Source: Nitrososphaeria archaeon (GTDB lineage: Archaea; Thermoproteota; Nitrososphaeria; JACIWG01). From it: DNA of 64,000 nt. The DNA lies in NCBI GenBank assembly GCA_050011875.1, contig JBEKIG010000004.1:128001-192000 (forward strand), given 5' to 3'. Positions 1 to 9,136 of this stretch are shown here, in pieces. A model generated the notes under the pieces. That model was not told the origin of the DNA. It ran no database searches and saw nothing but the letters and a program-made list of their open reading frames with translations. Position 1 is the stretch's first letter; every line of letters begins with the position of its first letter. A program made the translations under genes and the position numbers.

Positions 1-662
1 CCGTTATCTATGATCGATATTGTGTCGCAGAGCTTGTCAGCTTCATCCATATATTGGGTGGTTAAAAATATGGTAACTCCTTCAGCTTTCAGTTTTTTTA
101 TTTCTTCCCACAGATACGCTCTACTTTGTGGATCAAGACCTGATGTCGGCTCATCGAGAAGAAGTAGTTGTGGATGGTGAATCATCCCAAGCGCTACATC
201 TAGGCGACGCTTTTGGCCCCCAGAATAGGATGAGGCCGGCCTCCCTATGAATGAACTCATCTGGAAACGCTCCACGAATTCGGCCGCGTATTTCTTTGCA
301 GTCAAAGTATCTGAGCCATACAGGAGAGCTTGGAGTACTAGGTTCTCAAGACCTGTAGCACCTAAATCAGCTCCGCCGGCTTGGCTCACACATCCAACGT
401 TCTGTCTAATCTGTTCCTGCTGTTCTGCTAAGTCATATCCAAGGACCTTAGCTTCTCCCCCAGTCGGACACAGCAATGTAGAAAGCATTTTCTGTGTGGT
501 AGACTTACCAGCACCATTGGGACCAAGAAAACCGAAGATTTCCCCTTTCCTAACAGTGAGATCTATACCCTTAACTGCTTCTACCTCTTTTTTCCCGCCC
601 CTCTCTTTAGAAATGAAAGTCTTTCGGAGCCCTTTTGTTTCAATTACCAAATCTCCAACCAT
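1..662 (-). CDS. ABC-2 (DrrA-like) exporter ATP-binding subunit, runs off the left edge
   Basis: Manual minus-strand translation from ATG at 662: MVGDLVIETKGLRKTF...GEIFGFLGPNGAGKSTT (Walker A), YSGGQKRRLDVALG signature, LLLDEPTSGLDP Walker B; AGGTGA SD upstream. Absent from the ORF track because it is truncated. Confidence 0.92.
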   Translation of the reverse strand, partial: MVGDLVIETKGLRKTFISKERGGKKEVEAVKGIDLTVRKGEIFGFLGPNGAGKSTTQKMLSTLLCPTGGEAKVLGYDLAEQQEQIRQNVGCVSQAGGADLGATGLENLVLQALLYGSDTLTAKKYAAEFVERFQMSSFIGRPASSYSGGQKRRLDVALGMIHHPQLLLLDEPTSGLDPQSRAYLWEEIKKLKAEGVTIFLTTQYMDEADKLCDTISIIDN

Positions 663-850
663 GTTGAGTCACCTATGAACTATGCATCCAATTCCATCGC
701 GTATATATGCACTTCTTAGCAAATCGTAGAGATTATGATAAATAATCCCCATCAACAAGGATTTCTTTCTCGTACTACCGTATTTCTCCCAGATTTCTGG
801 AACCTCCCGTCACTCTGCTTCAACATTGGTCTCAAAATATTCGTAAGGCA

Positions 851-930
851 TAGTGATTAGGTATTGATCGAAGAGATGCTAGTCAATCGGTAAGCTGTAG
901 GTCGTGGGTTCAAATCCCACCGGGCCCGCC
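851..930 (+). pseudogene. Orphan tRNA 3' half (best fit Arg(YCT); Lys/Ile not excluded) with probable retained intron; att-like remnant
   Basis: 893-928 A-GCTGT-AGGTC-GTGGG-TTCAAAT-CCCAC-CGGGCCC-G gives anticodon 3' strand, V-loop, T-arm, acceptor 3' strand and G73; no GGGCCCG 5' half in 1-850; 854-885 folds into a hairpin. Confidence 0.75.
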
Positions 931-1021
931 TATATGAGCTTATCTAAAAAATCTATATGTTATGATTAAAGACACTTTAACTTAGATAAACGAGTTAACG
1001 ATTTCAAAGCTGCAAATCGTT

Positions 1022-1207
1022 TTGATTGTGCTAAATTTAATAATGGAGTACCTCGAGCAGACTGCTGTGGAATCTATGGTTCATAATGTTTGGCAGGGGG
1101 AAGATCCTGATGCCATAGATGAGAAGGTCAAGCAGCTGAAAGAAAGCGACATCGTTCTTACATTGGCGTCAACTAGACTTTTTGAAGGCGTGGATATACA
1201 AGTGTAG
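1022..1207 (+). pseudogene. Short fragment resembling a helicase C-terminal domain (SF2, Rad3/DinG-like)
   Basis: 61 aa ending LASTRLFEGVDIQV, like the helicase motif V xEG(V/I)D; no N-terminal motifs. Confidence 0.35.
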
Positions 1208-1212
1208 CAGAG

Positions 1213-2481
1213 ATGGAGCAGCAAAGGCAGTCCTATCCCTATTCATGGATCGTTCTGAGCGCAATATTCCTAGACTTTTTCCTTTACTGGTTCCAGCGTT
1301 CTGACATATCCACCGTCATACCGGCTCTGATTACTACCTATCATTGGGACCCGGCGACCGTAGGATGGTTAAATTCAGCTTTGATTTGGTCATATGCTGT
1401 GATGCAGATTCCATTTGGTTACGTGAGCGAGCGATGGCTGGGGGCAAAGACAACGATTTTATTTGGCACGCTTCTCATGGTCGTGGGGGCTGTGCTCTTC
1501 GGTATATTTCTACCCAGCATAGAGTTGAGTATTATTCTAAGGGTTCTGATAGGTGCGGGTGCAGCAGCTATCCTTGTCCCCGCAAATTCGATGTTCGCCA
1601 GATGGTTCTCTTCCTCAAGACGCGGAATTCAAACTGCCATACTGTTCGCCGGTGCACAGGTAGGCATGATATCGGCAAGCTTGTTAATGCCCGTATTGTT
1701 GGGCGGGTCAACTCGTCTGCTAGGTTTGTCATCAGCCCAATCCGCCTTCCTGCTAGTAGGCTTGCCCGTAATTCTTGCCTTACCTATTGTATTCCGATTC
1801 ACGCACAACACGCCTGAGGACATCGGGCTTCCACCAATTGCCGGACAGTTATCTGAGGCGAGAAAGGGAGAAAGCGATGGGGAATCGACAGGATCCGTCC
1901 TTAGGCATTCGCTGTCCCCGTACATCCTTACCCTAGTATACGTTGGGTTCATAGGAGGTTCCAGCATCAGTGTGTGGCTGACACTATACTTCGTGAAGGT
2001 GTACAACATGGATAATGTAATGGCCGCGTTTCTCTTCACCATGATAGCGCTTGTACCCCCACTTCTGGGACAACCTCTAGCCGGGTTGCTGGGAGACCGC
2101 ATAGGTCACAGGAAGGTTGTCGTCTATTCACTCTTGGGTTCGGTACTCACCATAGCTTTAGTCACTTCCCTGATCGCCCTGTATAGAACCATCCCACTTC
2201 AGTACGCAATCGGCCTACTCGTACTCTTCTTTGTGCTTACGTCAGGCCTAGTCAACGCTTGGCCACTGACAACCGAGCTGTTCACACCGAAGGTTGCAGG
2301 CACTGTCTCTGGGATAATGAATACGGGAGGAAATCTCGCTGTGGCAATCGTGGCGGTAGTGACTGGTTACTTCATTGCTTCCGACCCGTCATTCATCTCA
2401 GTCTTCGCCATCGGTACCCTTGTGACACTTCTAGGTCTGGTGGCTTCGCTGTTCCTGCCCTCGAAAAAGGTTGCAGCCTAA
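1213..2481 (+). CDS. MFS transporter (ACS/OPA-like)
   Basis: 422 aa, ~12 hydrophobic segments, motif A-like GYVSERWLGAK and GLLGDRIGHRK, ARWFSSSRRG loop. Confidence 0.9.
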   Translation: MEQQRQSYPYSWIVLSAIFLDFFLYWFQRSDISTVIPALITTYHWDPATVGWLNSALIWSYAVMQIPFGYVSERWLGAKTTILFGTLLMVVGAVLFGIFLPSIELSIILRVLIGAGAAAILVPANSMFARWFSSSRRGIQTAILFAGAQVGMISASLLMPVLLGGSTRLLGLSSAQSAFLLVGLPVILALPIVFRFTHNTPEDIGLPPIAGQLSEARKGESDGESTGSVLRHSLSPYILTLVYVGFIGGSSISVWLTLYFVKVYNMDNVMAAFLFTMIALVPPLLGQPLAGLLGDRIGHRKVVVYSLLGSVLTIALVTSLIALYRTIPLQYAIGLLVLFFVLTSGLVNAWPLTTELFTPKVAGTVSGIMNTGGNLAVAIVAVVTGYFIASDPSFISVFAIGTLVTLLGLVASLFLPSKKVAA

Positions 2482-2659
2482 GCCAGTGAAAATTAACACC
2501 TACAGATCAAATGGCAAGGATAAAAGAACTTATTTATGAGATTAAATAAACATGGCCCTTCAAATACTATCTATCCTAACTTTTTCCTTGATTTGAAGCA
2601 ATTAGGAAGGAGAAAGATTTTCCTAAAATATTCTAATAGGAAGTAGATCAAAGACAGCA

Positions 2660-2863
2660 TTGCCTTTTTTTATTAAATTGTCTTTCTCTAAGGAACGAAC
2701 CTATGACCAAATTATCAAGAACGCAGACAAGGGATCTATACAATCTTCTCTCAAAACATTTTTAGATATAGCCAAGACTCCCTCCAGAAAGCCAACAGGA
2801 GTACAAAAACAAATCTTAAACGCCTTAAATCACAATATAGAATAATGTGTCCTCTACAATAAG
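2660..2863 (+). pseudogene. Possible transposase C-terminal remnant (IS4/IS1634-like tail)
   Basis: ORF ends PTGVQKQILNALN, resembling the T-x-x-Q-K-x-I-L-x-x-L tail of IS1634-type transposases; no DDE residues or partner IR seen. Confidence 0.25.
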
Positions 2864-2904
2864 GACAAGCCGACAGAGCAGATGACGATAGTCAAGGAAG
2901 CAAA

Positions 2905-3060
2905 GATCAAAGCCTTGAAGCAAAAAAAACATATTCTGGCATCGGTTAATCCGTTGGTTTTGGGATGATTAAGGAAAGCTATTACTACTTCACTATCTTT
3001 GTATTCTTTAAATCTTACTTTTGCTTGTTCTACTCTTTTTCTATAATTATGTATATCCAT
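2905..3060 (-). pseudogene. Truncated tyrosine integrase N-terminal (SAM-like) domain
   Basis: MDIHNYRKRVEQAKVRF...IAFLNHPKTNGLTDARICF resembles archaeal integrase N-termini; starts 40 bp from the tRNA-Ser 3' end; frameshift in a T8 run, then stop; no catalytic domain. Confidence 0.6.
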
Positions 3061-3100
3061 CTGACTATTAGAAGGACAGGGCGTCATACAACCATAAGAG

Positions 3101-3204
3101 CGCCGGAAGGGGGAGTTGAACCCCCATGACTCTTTCGAGTCAATGGCTTTCAGTCAATCCTGTCGATTCCAGGCCATCGCCCTACCAGGTTAGGCGATCC
3201 CGGC
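3101..3204 (-). tRNA. tRNA-Ser (GGA most likely) with an 18-nt anticodon-loop intron
   Basis: GCCGGGA acceptor, D-arm, ATGGC/GCCAT anticodon stem enclosing 25 nt, long variable arm TGACTC-GAAA-GAGTCA, T-arm GGGGG-TTCAACT-CCCCC, G73. Confidence 0.93.
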
Positions 3205-3456
3205 ACTAGTACACCTAACACATTTTTACTGGTCTTTACTGTTACTTTAAGAGGCGAAGTGGTGGGTATAAAACTTTTTTAGAGGCGTCTAGAAAAACAG
3301 CGCGTCTAAAGTATCCTGATTCACTCAGAAGCTTGAGCTTCAACTTCACCTAAGGCTGTCGCACTGGCTGGTGGGGCTGTTATTGTGCTCACATATTCGC
3401 CTATCATTTGAACATCTATGGTACAGCCCATCTCCTGTAGTTTTTTTATAGCACTT

Positions 3457-4392
3457 TCAGTCAATAATCCTTTTAATTTGCTTCAGTTCTTTTAGGGTTG
3501 GAGAAAGTTTTAACAGGATGTGGTCTACTCCTGAGTTTTCGAGGTTTTTAATCTTCTGAACTACTGTCTCTGGAGAACCTATTAACCCTGTATTCAAGAC
3601 TCGCTCCAGCCTTTTCTTGTCTCCGTGCATTTGCGTCATATGTTCTATGGCTATTTTGTCAGTTTCCCTAATTAGAGTATCGGCGGGAACACCATACTGT
3701 AACTTGCTTCTTCCTTTCTTTTTCAAACGTTCGTTCATGTCATTAATGTTCTTTTGTACTTCTTCAACGGTACTTTCATTCATGAGCCAGCCGTCAACTT
3801 CTTCGGCAGCAAGGTTTCGGGAGGCTTCTGTCACTCCTCCGTACCAGATACGTGGAATAGGATTTGGCTTTGGTTCAAGAACTCCGTTTTCTATCTGATA
3901 GTACTTTCCCTTGAAGGTTACCCCATCTTCTTTCCATAACTTTTTGATGATCTGAATTGCTTCTTTTGTTCGAGTTATACGTTCGTCATGTTCGTAGAAG
4001 GGTAATCCGTAAGCCTCGTATTCACGTTTGAACCATCCAGCTCCGATACTAAGCCAGAACCTGCCATTGCTTATCTCGTTTAGTGCGACAATTTGCTTTG
4101 CCAGAACAGCTGGATAACGGAAAGCTTCACAGAGGGTTGTGTGAGCTATGGTCACCTTCTTTGTTACTTCAGCAATGGCTGCTGCAACAGTCCAAGCTTC
4201 TAAGGAAAAAGACGATTCCCCTTTTATTGGATTTAATAAGTGGTCAGGAATCCATAGAGAGTCTATACCTATTTTTTCTGCTTCAATTGCCACCTGTCTT
4301 ACATAGCTGTATGTAGGTGTTTCCTCTTTTTCGTTGACAGAGGAGCGAATCCATCCGCCATAAACAGGTAAATACAAACCGAACTTAACCAT
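3457..4392 (-). CDS. LLM-class flavin/F420-dependent oxidoreductase
   Basis: KFGLYLP start, LWIPDHL, RYPAVLAK, SNGRFWLSIGAGW..EY.AYG, PKP.P.PRIWYGG motifs. Confidence 0.92.
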   Translation of the reverse strand: MVKFGLYLPVYGGWIRSSVNEKEETPTYSYVRQVAIEAEKIGIDSLWIPDHLLNPIKGESSFSLEAWTVAAAIAEVTKKVTIAHTTLCEAFRYPAVLAKQIVALNEISNGRFWLSIGAGWFKREYEAYGLPFYEHDERITRTKEAIQIIKKLWKEDGVTFKGKYYQIENGVLEPKPNPIPRIWYGGVTEASRNLAAEEVDGWLMNESTVEEVQKNINDMNERLKKKGRSKLQYGVPADTLIRETDKIAIEHMTQMHGDKKRLERVLNTGLIGSPETVVQKIKNLENSGVDHILLKLSPTLKELKQIKRIID

Positions 4393-4530
4393 AAATTCTC
4401 ATTAATTGGACTTGTTCCCCATTTCCTATAAATACTTTGAAAATCAAAAACTAACATCGCACAAACTTGAAAAGTTTACCAATTTCAGAACATTATAAAC
4501 TTATAAACGATACGAATAAAATGAGCTATC

Positions 4531-5040
4531 ATGAAAGCAATCATTGTGCTCGTTATGCATGGTGTGCCACCGAATAATTTTCCTCAACGTGAGATGACTG
4601 AACTGTTCAGCTTGCATGCTCGAGTGGAAGGAGTTACGGGGGTGGAGCGCGTGGGGCTTGAACGTCGCCTTCTGGAGCTCGATGCTAAAATGCGCGCGTG
4701 GCCACGTACAGCCCAAAACGATCCTTTCTATGTCGGGTCTCAAGAACTGGCAGCACACCTGAGTGAAGCGACTGGGTGTGAGGTGATCTTGGGATTCAAC
4801 GAATTCTGTGCTCCCAGTCTGGACGATGCGCTGAGTCGTGCCGTAGCACGGGGAGCCGAGAAAGTTATTGTGGTAACACCGATGATGACACGAGGGGGTG
4901 AACACGCCGAAGTGGACATCCCTGCTGCTGTAAAAACCGCGCAAGCACAGCACCCTGAAATTCCGATAACATATGCGTGGCCCTTTAGGGTCTCCGAGGT
5001 GGCGAGTTTTTTAGCCGCACAGATAACAGGTCTCCTTTGA
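4531..5040 (+). CDS. CbiX/SirB-family sirohydrochlorin chelatase
   Basis: VLVMHG, GFNEFCAPSL, PMMTRGGEHAEVDIP (two His ligands). Confidence 0.85.
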   Translation: MKAIIVLVMHGVPPNNFPQREMTELFSLHARVEGVTGVERVGLERRLLELDAKMRAWPRTAQNDPFYVGSQELAAHLSEATGCEVILGFNEFCAPSLDDALSRAVARGAEKVIVVTPMMTRGGEHAEVDIPAAVKTAQAQHPEIPITYAWPFRVSEVASFLAAQITGLL

Positions 5041-5303
5041 CGAGGAAACTTGTGATACACCGTAAACCTGTGGGGCTATGTATTCGTTGCCTTTGAAGGC
5101 TTGTTCAGAAGAACTCCAAGTTTTCTCAACCAAAGTGTGGAGTTCATCCAGAAGCGAAGTCAACTTTTCGCCTTTAGCAGTAAGGCAGTAGGCTTTAGGC
5201 ACTTTTCTCGGGAGATAATAGCGCTTCCCTTCAAGAAATGACAGTCCTTCTGGAACCTATCATAAGTTGAATGGTTCTGAGACGGAGACCTAGTTATCTC
5301 CAT
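5011..5303 (-). pseudogene. Frameshifted winged-helix regulator remnant
   Basis: C-terminal part YCLTAKGEKL is a wHTH wing motif; upstream frame from ATG 5303 joins only through a frameshift at the A4 run near 5203. Confidence 0.4.
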
Positions 5304-5712
5304 AATTTTGTTTTACTTGCTGAACAGAATCTCAAATATATAAGAGGTAAAGAGTTTTTAACAATCGAACTCGAACTTTCCTTTCCAGGTTTGACTTAAA
5401 GTTTGAACTGCTAATCATTTTAATCATTAAATCTTATAGGATTACCATAAGATAAATGTCTCTAAAAATGGTCCAATAAAATTCACAGATATCCCAGTAC
5501 AATATTTAGAACCGTAAAACGTGCTAAAGGAAACTGGAAGCTTATTCAGCCCATGAAAGCAAGAGCCTAAACCGTGTACATAAACGACATTTACCTAAAT
5601 AAACCTCCGGAAGGAAAGCGCGTCCAAAGTCATAGGGAAATCAGCGTATAAAATACATATGAATATATATATCTATATTTGTATAGAAACCATGTCTAGA
5701 TATTCTGATATC

Positions 5713-5759
5713 TATAGATTTATGTATAAATATATATAAAATTCATGCACAAATCTATA
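5713..5759. promoter_or_regulatory. Imperfect 15-bp inverted repeat enclosing a TATA-rich core
   Basis: TATAGATTTATGTAT / ATGCACAAATCTATA (13/15 complementary), 30 bp upstream of ATG 5789. Confidence 0.5.
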
Positions 5760-5788
5760 AATAGAGGCAAACAACTATAAGTAATCGT

Positions 5789-5982
5789 ATGTCTGCTATA
5801 AAAAGAGCAAAGAAAGGGAAAAGACACTACCCCCCATCCTACTACCGATACAACGAAAAAAACCCGGCATTTTTATCCGGCTTACAAAAAAGAGAAAGGA
5901 AGAATTAGACCAGTACAGGGGAACGATGAGTTATGGAAAGGCTATTGGGACACTGTTGGATATTTTTAAATTAAATAAATAG
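5789..5982 (+). pseudogene. Frameshifted small basic DNA-binding (RHH-like) protein
   Basis: MSAIKRAKKGKRHYPPSYYRYNEKNPA then, after a shift in a T5 run, FIRLTKKRKEELDQYRGTMSYGKAIGTLL. Confidence 0.45.
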
Positions 5983-6206
5983 GGATGAGTAAAGAAGTTA
6001 AACTTCAAGAAACAAGTAAATTAAATAAAGATGAGGAGGAACATGAAAAGATCAAGATAGAAGTCATTAAGGACAAAAAATCAGCTGAAGGAGGTGATCA
6101 AGAAGCATCCCTTTAAACTGATATTAAAGCCAGATGATAACTGAAGTAATATAGAACAATAAAACTTTATTAATTGCAAGAATTTCGGTTACAATAGTGA
6201 TTATAT

Positions 6207-7205
6207 TTGAAGTATAAGCGTCTTGGAAAATGTGGAGTGAATGTATCCGAAATATGTCTGGGTGCTATGGGTTTTGGAGCTGAGGTTGATGAGCCTACTG
6301 CTGCTACAATTATTCGACGAGCTGTCGATTTAGGGGTCAATTTTCTTGATACAGCAGATGTTTACAGTAAGGGCAAATCCGAGGAAATTGTAGGAAGAGC
6401 GATAAAAGGCATGAGAGAAAGTATCGTGTTGGCTACAAAGGTTCGTCAGCGCATGGGGGATGGACCTAATGATGAAGGCTTAAGCCGAAAGCATATAATG
6501 TTTGCCGTTCAAGAAAGTCTTCGAAGACTTGATACAGACTATATTGACATTCTATATCTTCATAGACCAAGCAATGTGAATATAATGAAGGGATTTGTCG
6601 GTGAACCTGTTCCTTTGACAGAGACTCTAAATGCTCTTACTGATTTGGTTCGATGGGGGAAAGTTCGATATATAGGTTGTTCTAACTTTCCTGCATGGCT
6701 CCTTTGCAAGGCTCTTTGGACAAGTAATGTCCATGGCTTTGAAAGCTTTGTTGTCAGTCAACCTCGATACAACCTCCTCCAAAGGGAGATCGAACGCGAA
6801 ATTATACCTCTATGCGTAGACCAAGGAATTGGAATTGTCCCCTACAGTCCTTTAGCTGGAGGAGCGTTGTCCGGGAAGTATAAACCAGGTAGTCCACCTC
6901 CTAAAGGCAGTCGAGGCGCTATTAGACCAGATTTCTTTGCAAGGCTCCGTTTCCACTGGGAAGACCCATATAACCTAAAGATAATTCAGGGTTTAGAAGC
7001 CTTCTCTAAAGAAATTGGCAAGCCAATGGCGCAGATCGCTTTAGCCTGGATGCTAGCTAACCCAGCGATAACCTCACCCATTATAGCCGCCACTAGTATA
7101 AAACAGCTTGAAGAGAATTTAGCCTCAACTGAACTTGTTCTCAGCAAAGCAGACTTAGAAAGGATTGATCAGATAGCACCGGCAATGGGCCCATACTTCA
7201 CCTAA
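6207..7205 (+). CDS. Aldo/keto reductase
   Basis: GVNFLDTADVY (Asp/Tyr), LATK, SLRRLDTDYIDILYLH, GKVRYIGCSN, PYSPLAGG. Confidence 0.96.
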   Translation: MKYKRLGKCGVNVSEICLGAMGFGAEVDEPTAATIIRRAVDLGVNFLDTADVYSKGKSEEIVGRAIKGMRESIVLATKVRQRMGDGPNDEGLSRKHIMFAVQESLRRLDTDYIDILYLHRPSNVNIMKGFVGEPVPLTETLNALTDLVRWGKVRYIGCSNFPAWLLCKALWTSNVHGFESFVVSQPRYNLLQREIEREIIPLCVDQGIGIVPYSPLAGGALSGKYKPGSPPPKGSRGAIRPDFFARLRFHWEDPYNLKIIQGLEAFSKEIGKPMAQIALAWMLANPAITSPIIAATSIKQLEENLASTELVLSKADLERIDQIAPAMGPYFT

Positions 7206-7453
7206 ATGGATCGGATGTGAATTTTTTAAGGACTCTATTATCAGGCTATATTAATATTAACTATCCCATTCGTGTACATATTTGATAAGAAAACGCCTGT
7301 ACTGTTGGAAATGTTGTCAGGCTCCTTATTCTCTACCAAAAAGCCTTTCAAAACGATCAAAATTCTTTGGTCAAATCTCATCTCATAGGGAAATTCAGAC
7401 GGAATGCATTAAACGCTAAAAAAATGAGCTGTAATCAAATATAGCGATTAAAA

Positions 7454-9136
7454 TTAATTATTCACTGTCCTACTCGCTATCATATTGAAACCTTGCCCAA
7501 GAAGATCTTTCACAATAATGTCACCAGCTTTTATAGGAGCTTTTACGTTAACCTTGGAAAGTTCCTTAAGTGAACGCTCTAGCAGTTGCTTAGGTACAGG
7601 CTTATCAGACCTTATAGGTAGAACACCTATCGCTGAAGCTCCCTCGATTGGAACCACTGTAAACAATATCCTTACAGGGCAGGTGGCTTCCTGTCTTATA
7701 AACTCCAAACCTCTACCACATAAAGCACCCTGTATCTCCTTCACCTGATCACCATCCATTATTACTGTCGTTTGACATCCAATAGGGCATACAATACAGA
7801 TAATACTCTTCGTAGCCATCCCTTCACATCCTTTTACAATTTTAGATTTCTTTGCTACACTGCCTGTTGCCTTAACTTGAAAAGTCAAATTATCGCGTTT
7901 TAAAAGATCCTTGCGGAACTTTAATTTGACCATTTCTGGAGGTCTGAGAACCCTATTAAAGGAACGTACACCAATTTCCGGAACTTCAATGTAAGCATTT
8001 TCAGCAGGTTCCTTAACACGTATATAGAACTTGGTATCCATTATACCACTAAATTTTTGTGGAACAACAGACCTTATACCATTACCTAAAACAACACGTT
8101 TCCATTGGATTTCCTTGGAAACAGCTCCCTTCAGAGCTCTTACCGCCGATAAAGCAGCGATTTCACCCTGTGAAGTTACATCGTCAACAATATCATTAAC
8201 CGTAAGAAAGTTACCTGCTGCAAAAATATTTGGCACACTTGTCTCTAGGAACTCGTTCACAACAGGACCTCCAGTACCTAAGTCAATTTCGAATCCAAGT
8301 CCTTCAGGTAGAATCCTAGGAAATCGTAAATCAGGAACAAGGCCAGTTGCCAGAACAAGAAGATCACATTTTACCTCCTCTTCTGTCCCAATAATAGGAA
8401 CAAGATTTTCATTCACCTTCGCAACAACAACACTTTCAATTCTCTTCCTCCCCTTTATCTGAACCACAGTGCTTCCTAAATAGAGAGGAATATCAAAGTC
8501 TAAAAGACATTGAGCTTGATTTCTTCTTAAACCACATGTATAAGAAAGAATCTCATAGACACCTTTAACATGCGCTCCCTCTTGCGAAAACCTTCTCGCC
8601 ATTATGAGGCCAATATCTCCAGAACCAACTACAACAACTTCTTTGCCTGGAAGATAGCCGTGGATATCCATATACCTCTGCGCGGTACCAGCTGTCATAA
8701 CACCGGCAGGCCTATCTCCTGGAATATTTAATTCATCCCTTCCTCTTTCCCTACAACCAGTCGTTAAAATAACCGTCTTAGCATAAATCTTCATAAAACC
8801 GTTTTCGGAACTGATAATATCTACAAAATGATCGAACAGAGACTTTGTTTCTATTCCTACAGCCATTGCTTGTGTCAAAGTTTCCATATCATAGTTTGCT
8901 ATCTTATCAATGAATTTCTGCATATATTCAGGACCTGTTAAATTTTCGTTAAAATATTCTAGACCAAAGCCTGTGTGCACGCATTGAAGGAGAATTCCTC
9001 CAAGTTCTTTAGCACCTTCAACTATTGCTACCCTCCTTGCACCTTCTTCGTAAGCCCTACAAGCAGCAGCTAGTCCTGCGGCACCACCGCCAACAATCAG
9101 AACATCCGCTTCTTTGTTAATCATTCGAGTCACCAA
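7454..9136 (-). CDS. FAD-dependent pyridine nucleotide-disulfide oxidoreductase (Nox-like G3PDH partner) fused to a C-terminal DUF1667 Cys domain
   Basis: GGGAAG, GGILLQCVHTGFG, ENLTGPEY, GSGDIG, IFAAGN; C-terminal ~120 aa with CIVCPIGC...CGRG. Confidence 0.88.
   Translation of the reverse strand: MVTRMINKEADVLIVGGGAAGLAAACRAYEEGARRVAIVEGAKELGGILLQCVHTGFGLEYFNENLTGPEYMQKFIDKIANYDMETLTQAMAVGIETKSLFDHFVDIISSENGFMKIYAKTVILTTGCRERGRDELNIPGDRPAGVMTAGTAQRYMDIHGYLPGKEVVVVGSGDIGLIMARRFSQEGAHVKGVYEILSYTCGLRRNQAQCLLDFDIPLYLGSTVVQIKGRKRIESVVVAKVNENLVPIIGTEEEVKCDLLVLATGLVPDLRFPRILPEGLGFEIDLGTGGPVVNEFLETSVPNIFAAGNFLTVNDIVDDVTSQGEIAALSAVRALKGAVSKEIQWKRVVLGNGIRSVVPQKFSGIMDTKFYIRVKEPAENAYIEVPEIGVRSFNRVLRPPEMVKLKFRKDLLKRDNLTFQVKATGSVAKKSKIVKGCEGMATKSIICIVCPIGCQTTVIMDGDQVKEIQGALCGRGLEFIRQEATCPVRILFTVVPIEGASAIGVLPIRSDKPVPKQLLERSLKELSKVNVKAPIKAGDIIVKDLLGQGFNMIASRTVNN

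Noticed and set aside
247-678. 143-aa + strand ORF and the many similar antisense or overlapping ORFs in the track (e.g. 1344, 16621, 39055, 62985)
   Set aside because: Shadow frames of well-supported genes; no motifs of their own
745-851. Minus-strand frame with an in-frame TGA (MPYEYFETNVEAE*REVPEIWEKY) as possible selenocysteine recoding
   Set aside because: Very short, no redox motif or SECIS-like element; more likely a remnant
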